From contig NC_092670.1 in NCBI RefSeq assembly GCF_964355755.1, positions 17,408,795-17,472,794 on the forward strand: a stretch of DNA of 64,000 nucleotides, given 5' to 3'. Positions 1 to 13,418 of this stretch are shown piece by piece. The translations under genes and the position numbers were made by a program. This stretch comes from Antedon mediterranea. Its lineage: Eukaryota; Animalia; Echinodermata. A model generated the notes under the pieces. The model ran no database searches and had not been told where the DNA came from. It was given only the letters and a program-made list of their open reading frames with translations. Positions within the stretch are counted from its first letter, which is position 1; each line of letters opens with the position of its first letter.

Positions 1-4
1 TTAC

Positions 5-3000
5 CGAATGCCATGATTCCAATAGATTCAGGAAAAGTGATTTTACCAAAGACCCACGGATTTGGTGTTTCTGGTCTGTTTAAAAAAAAAACATGGTTTT
101 CAAATCAATTAAAAATATAAAATTCTTTTTATTTTTGTAATGTATGCAGAATCATGATCTCCTAAGGTGAAATTACTTTTGATAAGGTCAGCACAATAGG
201 ATGCCATCTTGTTTATTCTCCTTAAATTGCCTCTCATAGAATCAGCATTAATCTATCCACTCAAGATGGCTTTATCATCGGCAAGTAGCTAGTCTTCTTT
301 GTCCTGAACTAATTTATGTTCTGCTACTAGTACAGGTAATATTAAAGGCTATAACTAATTTAAATTTCAAATTAATTAAAGTGGATACCTGGGCTTGCTG
401 AGGACAATGTTAATTTGTGACTTTGTTTTGGTCTCTAACTAGAATCAATTAATTACCGTAGGTCTATATTGTGTTGCATTAAATGTTATAGAATACAGCT
501 CTCATTGTACTAGGCTTATTGGAGGTATTTTATTAAAGAGGTTTCTAATTGGAGGTCTTTTATTGAGAATGGGTGTCTAATTAGAGGTATTGTTGATGAT
601 AGCTCATTCAGAGGTCATTCATGCAAGTTATAATTTGGGTTCTTTAAGTTGAAGACATTATTTGAGACAGTGTGTAGTTAGAGGTTTATGTTTGTAATTG
701 GAGGACTTGCTGGAGAAAAAATGTCAATTACTAGGACATTTATGGATACATTAAAAAATAATTTTGGTCACAGAAAAGAGACCAACTTACAAATTTAATG
801 TTCCATATCGCACTATGACAACTAACATGATGAATAGAACAAGAACCAATGAAGCAATTGATATCTGAGAAGAGAAAAACATCAATAAAATCAATTCCTA
901 GACAAATGAAGTATTGATGGACTTTAAATTGATGCCTGATTGTTCCTTTATTGACTGCTACGTAACAAAAAAGCTTGTGAATACATATATAATGCATTTT
1001 TTAAAGATGCTTTAAAATGTAATGAATTTTAATTCACAAAAATGATTAAATTGTATTATTAAAACTGATAGTTGTTGAGGAACTTGAAAAAAAAAAAAAT
1101 CATAATTCTGCACAACATACATAATAGAGGTTTTACTGATAATTCACAGACATGTAAAAGTGGTTGGTAATAAACAGTACTGTAAATAATCTATGTTTTT
1201 TTAATAGGTTAAGATGGGAAAATCTGTAGGAATTAGAAAAAGCTGCCCAACCAAGATTCGACTCGGAACCTTCTACTTGGTGTGTAGGTTTACTGTACAA
1301 ATGCCACATTGACGGGCCTACTTCATGTAAGATAATGTACGTTTAATTGTATGATGACCATCAACATTCCGTGACTAGCTATAAAAATATTACATAGTTA
1401 ATGTGTCCATTAGTTACACTAGTTTCCACATCGTTTAACCCATTAATGTCTCATGGTCCGTTGCCTTTGTCTGCCTAACTTACTGTAAACATAACTGAAT
1501 GTGCTACATACATAATGCTTATGAAATTAGCCAGTACTATTTAATATAACATAAGCAAACAACATTACTAAATGATACTGGGTTGACAAGTATACACAAA
1601 TGATAATTAAAATTTTAAAAAAAAATACATATTAACAATGAACCAGTTAATTTTGTATTTTTTTTAAACTTAAAAACATAACATTTGATAATGTTAAAAT
1701 AATGTGCTTACCTTGACTAACTTGGCAACATTTTGGTATAATGATATAGGTAATGTTATAAACACTGTTACTAATGATATGACAAAGTAACGATTTGCCA
1801 ACACATGTTGTTCTGAAAAAAAATACAACAAATGATAAATTCAATTGAATTTGTTGTTGTTCTCATTTGTTTGTGGTTTTAGGATCCAAGCAATCACCCT
1901 CATAAAACGAAAAGGCTTTTTATTTATATACAAAACCAATAAATTGATATTGTTATCAAAGTATTTAGATTCATCACCAATTTATAATCAATCCCATTAG
2001 ACATACATATTGCATATTAGTAGCTTTATACACACACACCTACAGCCTAATGCATGGCAATGCTACACAGGCTATAATGTTATATATAAAACATAGGTTT
2101 GAATAACAATTAGTGTAGTAACGTCTCGTAAAACTCATCTTCTGTGCTTGTCATTACCTGTCCCAATCAATAATCCTCCGCTTACGTGATATTACTTTAA
2201 GCCCACGCTTTATGATATCAAAATAATATACGAGAGGAAAGAGTTTGCATTTGCTAATGTAGTGTCTGGCAAATGATTGTTGTTGTAAAAAATTGCTTTA
2301 TTTTTTGTTTGTTTTGTCGAAAGCATCCACAATTTTTAGGTTATCAACCTGAGTTTTGGGAGATTAATAGGTACATACTTTAATACAGACCATGTTTATT
2401 GATTTTCAGAAAAATGTATATATTTGTGACATCACAAATGCTTTATATTAAAATCTTGAGTTATCTTTATCTTCAATATGGGGCCGAAATAATAAATAGC
2501 ATGCCCTCTGTTGCTCTATTTAATTTACACATTTACACATTTCGCTCAGTTTCTGAGTGCATAATTTTTTAATGCACCCAATTTCTATACTGTATCCTAA
2601 TTTGTTCAGTATCTAGTTCCATGATACAAGTAACATGTTAGGAAAATACTCACCATCAAAGACTCTTATAAACACTGCAGTGATTGTGTCTCCTATAATC
2701 ACATTATAACTGATCATTGCTGAAGGAGATAAATTTTGTAAAAATCATTATTAGTTGAAACAGAATGTTTTACATAAATTTGAACAGAAAAAAATTCCAA
2801 AAATGAAGTTTAATCCTTAAAAATGTAAAAGCAAGAAAACATTAGTAAATTTGAAAAGAAGACTGAAACAGTAAAAACTAAACAATTTTAGGAATGAAAA
2901 AAATTAATTTTAACTTAAGTCTTGGAAGGCAGATGACCAACCATTAGACCACTGAGGCATATCTCAGATCTAATGGTTACATAATTTACATAATTACAGT

Positions 3001-6000
3001 ATGCTAGCTATAAACATAATAATTATAATGACGTTAATAAATGCATTAATAAAGATTTGTTACTCTCATTACTGCAAATTAAGATGTCAATTTGTCTGTT
3101 TTGCGTTAATGGTATAGACTCCTCAATATGTTTTTATATATCTATCATTCTTTAATGGGAATAAATATAGCTCAGGCATTTAAGGAATTTATTTTCTTTC
3201 CGTTCTAGAGCAAGTAACTTTACAAAAAATTCTCTTTAAACTTCATTACTTAAAAGGAACAGGAACATCTTTTAAATCCTGTTGTCGGTTTGTCTGTTGT
3301 CCAATATTTAAATAATTGTCCCAGATGCAGTGCATGGTGGATTTTTAACAAATCAATAACAGGGAAAAAGTCATTTTCTTTCATTTTTTAAGTCCTTCCT
3401 AACCAGTTTTTATTTTTGAACACAAGTGTCTTGACCCAGATTATACTTACCTATGAATGGATACAGAAACTGTACAATGGTCAGAAAGTAATAGCCCACT
3501 CTCCCGAATGCTACTTCAACTAGCCCTTGGTATGTGTTGGTACCAGATAAATGCCCGCTTTTGATAAGTAGAACCAATGAATAATCTGAAAAACAATAAT
3601 AATATAAAATGATAGGAGATTTTTAAGTACAGGTTTTTGTTTATATAAGGGGACTTATTCTACAACTGGAGTTTTTACAGTGCACTTTATGCCTACCACT
3701 AGAATCGTAGAGTTTTTTTAAAGTGTAGTTAAGTGACTGCGTACACTTTGTAGTACCTTATTTGACAATGTTTATTGCAATGTTTCATAATTTGTTGCAT
3801 AGGCTTCAAATCAAAATAGAGTATCATTTACAAAATTTCAAGTAACAGAATCAATACTGTAAAGATCTGTAAAGATCTGTAAAGATCTGTAAATATCAGT
3901 ACAATCAACATGTAACATACTGTATTAGCAATCTGTATCTATGTTGCTCATAGCCTTTTGTGTACACTATTCACAATGTCAAATAAATACTTTTTTTTTA
4001 GTGTTTTCTAAAAAAACAGTTGTTTAATTTGCTATCGTTTTATTTTATTCATCAAACCATAATTTAATTTTGCAAATTTGAATAAAAACCAACTGTTTTT
4101 TTCCTATTGTAAAAATGCTGTAAAACGGTTCAGTAGGTTTTTTAGAGAGATTAATTTAAAAAAAATAAATCAATCAGTCCACTTTGTAATAAGAGATAGA
4201 TATTACTGTGTATTAAATGCACCTGCCTATCAGCTATTATACACAATTTATTTAATTTATTTATTTATCTTATAAACCAAGGTGCCACAACAGTAGAAAT
4301 CTTACATTTTTCCTTAATTGTCATTACCATATCCCTTATAAGGTAAATTTACCAAAACATTCCTTCATACAACAGCTATTTTAAATCATCAAGTTAATGT
4401 ATTTCTTATTTAAAATATCAAATCATTTGGTTTCAGCATACATTATGTATTTTACTGTACATGCTTGAGGAAGTGTTACCATAGAAACAACAAGCATTAT
4501 TTTAATGACTATATTATGATAATTATAATTAAAATGATAATCTTCAACAATTAAGATTATTTGCCCGTAGAATTCTTTTATATTGTTTACTGTATTGTGT
4601 ACTGCTTGACATATTATAATTGTGAATCGTTAACTTTTTTGTGAATATATTATATGTATTTGATTTTATAAACATTTTGTATGGAGAGTAGAGTAACCAA
4701 TAAATATTATTATTATCTTTAGTTTATTTAATATGTATTCTATTTGTATGTATTTGATTTTTAAAATGTAAATTGAATTCTACTGATAAATGAATAATTT
4801 AGAACGTTAGAATGTCAATGTAAGTATAAATCAACTGGAAGGTATCAAATATTATATTCAATTTGTAGCATTTCACATTTCAAAGGAATGTCATTTTTTA
4901 TTTAGAGGCTTAAAGGAAAGATTTCTTAAATATTCTGTCAATGTGTTGAGAATAAATTATAATATAATTTAGAGCTTGTTGTATATATGTACTGTATGTT
5001 GTCATATAATTTGTATTTTATTATATCCATTCTGTATCTCACTACCTGCAGTATGTATTACAATCCCAATATCAGACTCTCTGAAAACTGCAAACTCTTC
5101 CAAAACCAGACTTGTCTAGAGATCCAAAATGTACCAAATTCATTTTTTTTTTTTTCAATATAAAATTTAATTTAATATCGGTAGTATATTACGAACAATA
5201 TTAGATAGTTGCTATAGAGATAACTCAATAAATTTTTTAGGTATGACTATCTCAAAAAACGATGTATCTCTTGAAACCAAAGTATATAAGAAATCCACTA
5301 ATAAAGGCTTATTATTACATTATGATAGCCATGTGGATATCAAACATAAACGTAATCTAATTCACACAATGCTTAATAGGGCCTACAAATTGTCATCTAC
5401 GCATGACATTTTCCTATCAGAGGTTGATAATGTAACTAAGATTTTTCAAAAGTTGAATTATCCTTTAGATCTTATTAGTAATATTGTTAAGGCTTTCAAC
5501 CAATCCATTAATACTTGTGTGACTCCTAGTAATACTAATGAAGATATGCTAACTGATGAATCTCCCCAGCCTATTAGGATTGTACTACCGTACAAGGATC
5601 AAACTTGTTGTAACACGGTTACTAAACAACTTAAACAACTTAGTGCGAAGATTGAAAATGATATTTTACCAGTATTTACTAGTCGTAAGATAGGTGACAC
5701 CTTAAAACCTAAAGAAATGAAACCCAGAATCATTAATTCACAATGCGTTGTGTACAAATTTCAATGTGGTTTGTGTGATACAAACTATGTCGGTTACACT
5801 TGCCGACACCTTTACAAACGCATTAATGAACATAACAAAAGTATTATAGGCGATCACCTAAAACAACATGGCATAACTGGTGATATCTCAGGCCCCGTTT
5901 CTGCTGCCAAAAATATACCGTATATATACGGTATATTTTATATACGGTATATTTTTTGGCAGCAGAAATGGGTCTCATAAAAAATATACCGTATATATAT

Positions 6001-9000
6001 GCGGTATATATACCGCATAAATATCCCCATCGTTTGTGGATATTATACGGTATATTCCAAAATATACCGTATATTTCGTACCCCGTTTCTGCTGCACTCA
6101 AAATATACCGTATATGTGACCCGGCCCATGACACGAGGTCAAAAACTAACAGAGCGTGACGCGTTTGTTTTGTTTTTCTGCTGCATTGACACACGTACGT
6201 GTGTAATAAGCAAGCAACAGATCAAAATATCACTGTGGACTGAAGAAATAACTATTTTTGCAATTCAATTGTGGGGAGAAGCGAAGGTTGGGGGGAGACT
6301 ACATGGCAACAGAAGAGATACCGAGATTTACAAAAGTATCTCAAACAAAATAAAAGCAGAATTTGTGGTAGAATTAATAACGCCAAAGTTATCGGCAAAC
6401 GCCGTCGTCTTCTTTGCATAAATGTAGTCAATGCCCATTCTACATTTCTAGATTGTTTGTGCGATGTAAATTCGTTGCCACTTCTGATCATTATATTTAA
6501 AATAGAAAGCAATGCTAAGACGTTTTGATAAACCATAATTGTTTTGTTTTTGTCATGTAACCTCACTACACGAGACTCTAGGTCAATCCATACTTCCGTC
6601 TCACAAAATGCATTTTGGGTATATGAAAGCCAACTTTTTTTACAGCCCACCCACGAAGTACGTGCAGCGGAAACGGTGCACGAATTTCATATACGGTATA
6701 TATACGGTATATTTATACGGTATATTTATACGGTATATTTGGGATTGGCAGCAGAAACAGGGCCTCAGAATACTTTAGAGTCTTATCTAAATGCAATAAT
6801 AAGTTTGATTGCCTAATTAAGGAGATGTTGTGGATCAAAGAGATAAAACCTACACTCAATAAACAATCGGATTCCATCAAAGCTAAATTGTTTATCTAAC
6901 TCAGTAGGAGGAGCTAATTACTTAATTAGCCCCAAATTAGCATTTCCTGTCACCAACTTTGGTGCTTAGTGCACATAATTATTATTGTTTTGTATTCACT
7001 TGATCTTGAAAATGGTTCTATGATGGTACCGAAACGTCGATCTCTCTTTTTGTCATTAAATTCATTTTTACCATTAAAAACACATTCCCAATACCAGACT
7101 TTCTGGAAAACCAAACATAATAGGCCAGCCCAAAGGTGTCCGGTATTGGGAGTTTGACTGTAAACATCACCATACATTTCTACCATACATTATAAAGTAA
7201 ACAGCCTCATTATGGCAAATTCCAGTAGCTAATTGTCAGTACTGTATCAATAATTTGTCCAGTATCAATAAATCTCAAAATACACACGTTGATCCTTTAT
7301 CTAAGTACACTCAAACATTGCTTCTATAGTTGTTTATTATCCATACAATTTATATTTATATTTTGTTGAGTCATTTTGTGCTTCAAAACTCTAGTGATTG
7401 CTGTGTGTTAATATAAGATTTTTCAACACATTTTATCTTTTTCTACTTAATTTGTATACATTTCTCATAAAAATACTTTATTTATTAAATCATTGCAAAT
7501 ATAGTAGTTGTAAATAACTTTCACTAGAAAAATATAAAACAGAAAAAGCTAATGATTTATTTCAATGCAAAAAGATCTTTTTAACCAGTTGAGGGGAAGA
7601 AACTATTGTCAACAACTATCACTGTTACTTTTATGTATTATATATTATTATTTTTGTTTGTGTACTATTGAGACAAGGGCCCCAATGGAGACCTTTTTTT
7701 TACCGATTGGGTCACCTTGATGAGTTATTGTACTATTATACTAAGGGCCCCAAAGAAGACCTTTTTTTACCGATTAGGTCACCTTGAAAAGTTATACAAT
7801 TTAATCAATTCAATTGATCTTTTAATTATTCAATTCATTTTCATATACCATAATTAGGTAATCCTCAGATCTTCATTTCAATTTCAATTTTAGTTAATAA
7901 TTTAATCAATGAATAGATAAAAAGCTACTTGAAATATATCACACCTTTTTGTTTCCATTTTTAAATTGCAATACATAATAATATAATAAGCAGTTTATTA
8001 AAATATTTCACCAAATATTGAAGTATATGACAGTATATTCAAGATGTTAACAAATTATGACATCACCAAAAAGAAATTGAATTTAGTTCTGTTCTGTTGG
8101 TATATAGCTATTTCCACAAAAAAAAAAAACAATAATATTTAAATTAATTAATGCCTGCAAAGCATAGCTAAAGTAAGTAGTCCATTCATTTCCTTTATAA
8201 TCGGATATTGTACATCCATACACAACAAAATTTCAACCAGGAAATTGACAATAACATCTTCCACAAAAACAACCTAAAATATTAATTTGCACCAATGCTG
8301 ATGAGGTTGGATTGTGGAAGTCGTACATTGACTAATGACTATGGTAATAATTTAGTAATGACAAACCTGTAATTCCAGCCACCAATATAAGAAGTATAAT
8401 ACCAAGTGGTAGACCAGATTTCATCATGGCATATGGAATACCTGAAAATAATAAAAACACCAATTAAAATAATGTTTACTGAAAACAAATTTGAGCTTCT
8501 CTTCCCAAACAAGAACAAGGATAAATGTTCCACCTTTTGTAAATCACCTTTAACATCATTTCTTGTCATTCATTTGTTTTAATTGATTGGAATTTTCAGT
8601 TTAAAAAATAAAGTGATTATTGAAATCTTTTGTATTTTATCATTATTTTTAAACATTGTATTGATACATGTAACATCTTGAACTTTGTCTGTTTTATTTT
8701 TAACATCTTGTATGACTGTCAGAATGAATGTGAATAACCACACAATAGAAAACAAAATTACTGACTCCAGAAATAGGCCTACAAAGAAGGCGTGTTAAAC
8801 TTAAGCTTATTTACTTCAACATTCCATGGATGATTTTCTATTTTTATATTTTATTTACAGTATATATATCATTCAAAAACATTAAATAAAGAGCCTCAAT
8901 ACAGTAATGTTGTAAATTTCCATGCCATTTAATTCTAATAGATTTTCCTGTAGCTATTTCAAACTGAGAGTAGGGATGATGTGCACATTTTTAAATCAAA

Positions 9001-9912
9001 GATCTTCTCCAAAACATTCTCTTTGAATGTAAAATCATCAATTGTACGTATTTGGTTAATATTCCAAAAACAACAATATTAATTTGATCCTGAACTTTAT
9101 TAATTATTAAATGTTTAATGTTTTAATGTTATGTAATCCAATAATTGACTGCCTCACTCACTGTACGAGCAACAGTTACATCAACATACATTATAAAATC
9201 AATAATTGTCTATTACTATGTACATACACATCATTGCTAATGTCAATGCTTTTTTTTTCTCGTTTGTAACTCAAGTCATGAATGCAAAGCATGTACTCTT
9301 GGCCTGATTATTCACATTTTTTAATGCATACTAATAAAGTTATTGTGCACTGTAAACTCATATATAAATGTAGATCATTTATTTTGTACATTATATATTT
9401 TTGTGAATCTTCTATATTTGTGCATCCTATATTTTGAAAATTCTTGTGCAACATATATTTTGCGAACACTCTATTTTTATGCATCTTTTATTTTGTGAAT
9501 CCTCTACCTAGTTTTGTGCGTCTATTTTTGTGAATCTTATATTTTTGTACACTTTTTAAGCATCCTTTTAATATTCCTATGCTTCCTATAAATAGGCCTA
9601 TTGGTGTTTTTAAAATAGAGAATTTGCGAAATATATATGATGCTTAAAAGCTTTGTGCATCATATATATTAGGCAAATTCTCTATTTTTATGCATCTTAT
9701 ATGTTTGTGCACTATTTATTTTTGTGCATCCTATATTTGTGAATCTGTGTGCATCATATATTTTCACTGACGTATAACTTACCAATGATACCAGATCCTA
9801 GGATACTGTTGGCAGTATTAAAGCTCGCTCCAGTAACTGAACTTTGTTTCTCCACCTCTCCATCCTCAATGAGTTCAATTCTATCGCTTGTGTTGATAGC
9901 TCCATTGATTGG
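5..9912 (-). CDS. SLC38A11: Sodium-coupled neutral amino acid transporter 11-like (SLC38 family). Partial: the 3' part lies off the left edge and the first coding exon is unresolved. Exons 9912-9783, 8441-8367, 3585-3451, 2719-2654, 1812-1712, 864-791, 75-5
   Basis: GT-AG exons with consistent phases splice to ...SSVTGASFNTANSILGSGIIG/IPYAMMKSGLPLGIILLILVAGITD/YSLVLLIKSGHLSGTNTYQGLVEVAFGRVGYYFLTIVQFLYPFIA/MISYNVIIGDTITAVFIRVFD/EQHVLANRYFVISLVTVFITLPISLYQNVAKLVK/ISIASLVLVLF.../PETPNPWVFGKITFPESIGIMAF. This closely resembles the vertebrate SLC38A11 sequence as I recall it. Confidence 0.88.
3858..3895. repeat. 10-bp tandem repeat (CTGTAAAGAT) x ~4
   Basis: Read directly from the sequence. Confidence 0.85.
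5891..6764. mobile_element. Non-autonomous PIF/Harbinger internal-deletion derivative
   Basis: TIRs GGCCCCGTTTCTGCTGCCAA / TTGGCAGCAGAAACAGGGCC; 3-bp TSD TCA (5888-5890, 6765-6767); subterminal ATATACCG/CGGTATAT repeats; Myb/SANT remnant WTEEITIFAIQLWGEAKVGGRL. Confidence 0.9.
7002..7042 (+). ncRNA. Minimal type I hammerhead ribozyme motif (U3-A8 core variant) in the PLE 3' region
   Basis: GATC (stem I) - TTGAAAA core - T-GGT...ACC (stem II) - GAAA - short palindromic stem III (ACGT) - GTC cleavage triplet - GATC (stem I). Penelope-like elements are known to carry such minimal hammerheads. Confidence 0.7.
7676..7787. repeat. Two ~45-bp tandem copies (AAGGGCCCCAA...GACCTTTTTTTACCGATTRGGTCACCTTGA)
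   Basis: Direct repeat visible; may be retroposon 3' ends. Confidence 0.55.
9395..9765. repeat. Degenerate ~19-bp minisatellite (TATTTTTGTGCATCCTA-like)
   Basis: Recurring TTTGTGCATC/TTTGTGAATC units. Confidence 0.6.
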
Positions 9913-12230
9913 CTAGAAAATATAAATAAATAACAATTATTATTAATAAATATCGAGTTGAGGGGCAAACTACAGCCATAACATCGGCTGTCCCAGGACT
10001 CTCTTTTTGTTGTAGAACAAGTCTTCTTGATAAAGATGTTCAACATATCTGGCTTGTGTGCTTAAAAGAACCCAGTTCATCTTTTAGAAGCGTTACCCTG
10101 GTGTTTTGGTCACTTTTAGCCTCTATTACAACAACCATCCTACCAGTTGAATATCTTTATTACACTAGAGTGGCCATGTCTTAAAAATGAAAATGAACCT
10201 TTCTACTACATATTGTATTCTCTACCTTTGATCTAATATTTTTTTAATTTAATTAGTTAACATAAATAAATTATATAATTCAGCTTTTTTCTTTTGAAGT
10301 GCATGAAGAAAGAATCTTACTGTATTTTATGATGTGGATTCTCATTCAAGATTTAATAAATGTTGAATGTAAGTCTTTTGTTAAAATAAATAGATAATGT
10401 ACAGATTTTATTTTCTACTATAAAGCAAATGATTCAATAACTAAAGCGCCTAAATTAGGCACCAAGTGAAGCATACGCTCTACCAATACACCTTTTATTA
10501 TCCGCGAAGAAACAGCAATCAAATATTACTCCTGAGCCAGCGACATTCTACCGACGAAATCAATAAGCCATTGATTTTTACGAGTCACTCACCCGTGGGT
10601 TAAGATAATACAAGCCAAGTTATGTTGGTTGAATTGAACGTGATTCCCTTAGGGGTACACGACTTGTTTAATTGCTTCATTTAGAAGTCAAGGAGTGAAT
10701 AAGGACGAGGTAATTGTTCTCTTCGTTGTGGTTGCCAGTAACAAGTATTGATTTCTACGCCTTTTGCCTAGGAAACGTATTTGCGTAATTTTAAATCACA
10801 TAAGTAGCTGTAAATGGCCAATGAAGACCACTCTATATGCCTAACTAGGTTATGTAAATTTCTTATTGGTTTTAATAGATTCCTTCTATTCCTAAAACTC
10901 TGATTAAAAACACATATAGTATTTCCTATACTTCTGATTCTGTGACCTGTAATTAAATTTAAAAAAAACTGTAGTGTACAGTAGTATTAATTAATCTTTA
11001 ATTACTTTGTTGGGATAATTTCGTTTAATTAGCTGTTTGTTTTTTTTTCAAGGCTTTTGCATGGTCACAATCAATGAAAGGAAATATTGAAACTATGATT
11101 CTTTTAATACTAGAAAATGACCAACCATACAGATACAGATACAGATCTTTTATTTTCATACAAACAAAAATAGTACAGTATGAAATTTGTCTTCTTGTTG
11201 CGAAAAAGAATACACTCAATTAGTAGAAAAGAATTTACAACACTTGCAAAATTCCAACAATTTTTCAAACAATGAATGAAGTTTGTTTTTATTAAATACA
11301 CTGACTGAACTACCAGTAAATAAATTAATTTACTGTATCTCTGTGGTACTTCATTGCACTTAATCAAGTCTGAGTATAATTTATTTAAAGTAAATCAAAC
11401 TTCCAATGGTACTTATACTAGCCTACATAATTTTATACCTCCATGATAATTGTATGCTTTCTTTTATACACCATTGACTGGTCTCGGGAACCAGGAATCT
11501 GTCCCTTGGGGAACTTTTGATTAGCATAGACCTATATTGTGTTGTTGGTCATCGTTTGGCCCTTAAATCCGTCAACACTTTTTAAAGGAATTGGTGAGAA
11601 AGCTTGTAGTTCCAATGTCCTTGTATATGCACAATGAATTAACATGATGCTGGTGAAAATGCTTGTGAGTTGGCTAAAGTGTTGTTAGCTCAGGTGTAAA
11701 ATCTATTATAAGTTTGAGAAAGTGCTTGTAAGTTAGGTAAATTATTGTGAGCTTGGGAAATTATTGTGAGCTGGTGAATGTGCTTGTTTTCTAGAGAAAG
11801 TATTTGTGAGCTGAGAAAATACTGTACTCTACCTGTGAACATAGTAAGTGTGGGCAAATAATGTACTTGTATGTTTCGGACTTGAACAAAGTACAATTTT
11901 ACCTTTCTGTACAAATATTTACTCCAATTTCTAGAGAATGATTGCATAGGTTTAGATGTGTAATGATCCTTGATAATGTACATTAAATTGATCAATTTCC
12001 CCGGTGTACTGCTACCCACCTGCCGCTAAACTCATTTAATAACCAAATGTAATTGAGAACTGAAAGTGCATAAAGATAGCAGAGGTGTATTTAAGAGATA
12101 GGGGCACTATCCTTTACCAACGCATTGATGAGTAATAACAAAAATAATTTTCTACACTGCAAACCATTGATTTGGTATTGGTTAGTTGACATGATGTTTT
12201 ATGCAATAAGGGTTAAATCTTCATTTCCAC

Positions 12231-12460
12231 CAAGGCAATCTAACAACAGGATACTGAGCTCCTGAGATCAAAGGGTTTATCTGTGGCTGCGTCACGATCA
12301 GTTCCACGCCCTTTAACAGACACCGTACACCATGAAGAATAGTACATAGTACAGTACTACTGTACTACTACTACTGTAGTTGGTATTTGTAGCAGCCTGC
12401 CATAAGATCAAAGGACTGTTACGAGTTCCTAGCTCAGTGCCCTGTTGTTAGATTACCTTG
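12231..12460. mobile_element. ~230-bp MITE, copy 1 (CAAGGCAATCTAACAAC termini; P- or hAT-like)
   Basis: TIRs CAAGGCAATCTAACAACAGG..CTGAGC / GCTCAGTGCCCTGTTGTTAGATTACCTTG; near-TSD TTTCCAC/TTCCCAC; second copy at 20685. Confidence 0.8.
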
Positions 12461-13059
12461 TTCCCACTAGCAGACGTGTTACAGCTCTTGAGCTCATTTA
12501 GTTTCTCCAGACACAACGCCTAAACTGATAACTATATTTTATATTTATCATACTTTCGAATTCTGTTTTTCGTGAATAAAATGAACTTGAACTTGAACAA
12601 TTCAGTATAAAATAACATTTATCTCTTTTTCAAAGTAACAAAATGAAGATGGTATTAGTATAAATAATAATGAGGTTAATTCCCTGAAAGTAATAAATTT
12701 GAAGTTCACCAATTAAACTTGTGCTGGTCAAACCAGTTAAGAACAAATTATTGTAATCAAATTGATTAATTTAACATGCAACAAATTAATGTACTTGTAC
12801 ATTTAATTAACACATGTTACTGTAGACTTGCCCCAAGTCTGTATTATCTTTTTTTAAAATTTATTTGTTTTTATTTCGACCGCGATTTTTGTCTGATCCA
12901 AAATCAAGTAGTATACGTATGAAACGCCATATGTGCCAAAATATTTATCTTTTTACTAATATTAAGACAAAACTCCGTCTGGAACCCAGACTAATGTTAC
13001 TGGACAATCAATAGTAATTAATCATACTATGACAATGGAGTCATGTAACAACAACAACT

Positions 13060-13287
13060 AAGAGAGCATGTCAAAATTATGTTTACTGCAGTAACATACT
13101 TTTCTACTGCATGTATGATTCTAGATTGCAGGTATATCTCAATGGTCTGTATCAATGTAAAAGTTTATGAGTCAGTTAAACTGTAATCAAGAAAGGTTGC
13201 TAAATAATTGCACAAGAACAGGGAGTAAACAAAATGTAGTAGATATTGCAGTAACTGCAGTAGAATAATTTTGGCATGGTCTCTAAC
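13060..13287. mobile_element. Probable MITE with imperfect ~35-bp TIRs
   Basis: AGAGAGCATGTCAAAATTATGTTTACTGCAGT matches the reverse complement of ACTGCAGTAGAATAATTTTGGCATGGTCTCT imperfectly. Confidence 0.5.
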
Positions 13288-13418
13288 TTTTGCTTTCTAA
13301 ATTCCAGGCATGTCAATTTAGTCAAAACATTTATTTAATTATTTTTAACAGTTATATTAATAAAACCTGATTCAGAAAAATGTTGAATATTTGAATCGGG
13401 TCAAATTCAACATTTTAT

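Larger units (their letters stand above)
5205..7060 (+). mobile_element. 5'-truncated Penelope-like retroelement (RT C-terminus plus GIY-YIG endonuclease), interrupted by a Harbinger derivative
   Basis: The ORF from 5243 has VYKKST..LLLHYDSH and CVVYKFQCGLCDTNYVGYTCRHLYKRINEH (GIY-YIG). Removing 5891-6767 restores the frame to EYFRVLSKCNNKFDCLIKEMLWIKEIKPTLNKQSDSIKAKLFI* (stop 6897-6899), a typical PLE C-terminus. Confidence 0.9.

Noticed and set aside
1245-1320. tRNA gene (B-box-like GATTCGACTC; similar relics at ~2915, ~15480 and ~15590)
   Set aside because: No cloverleaf can be built; at best decayed tRNA-derived SINE heads
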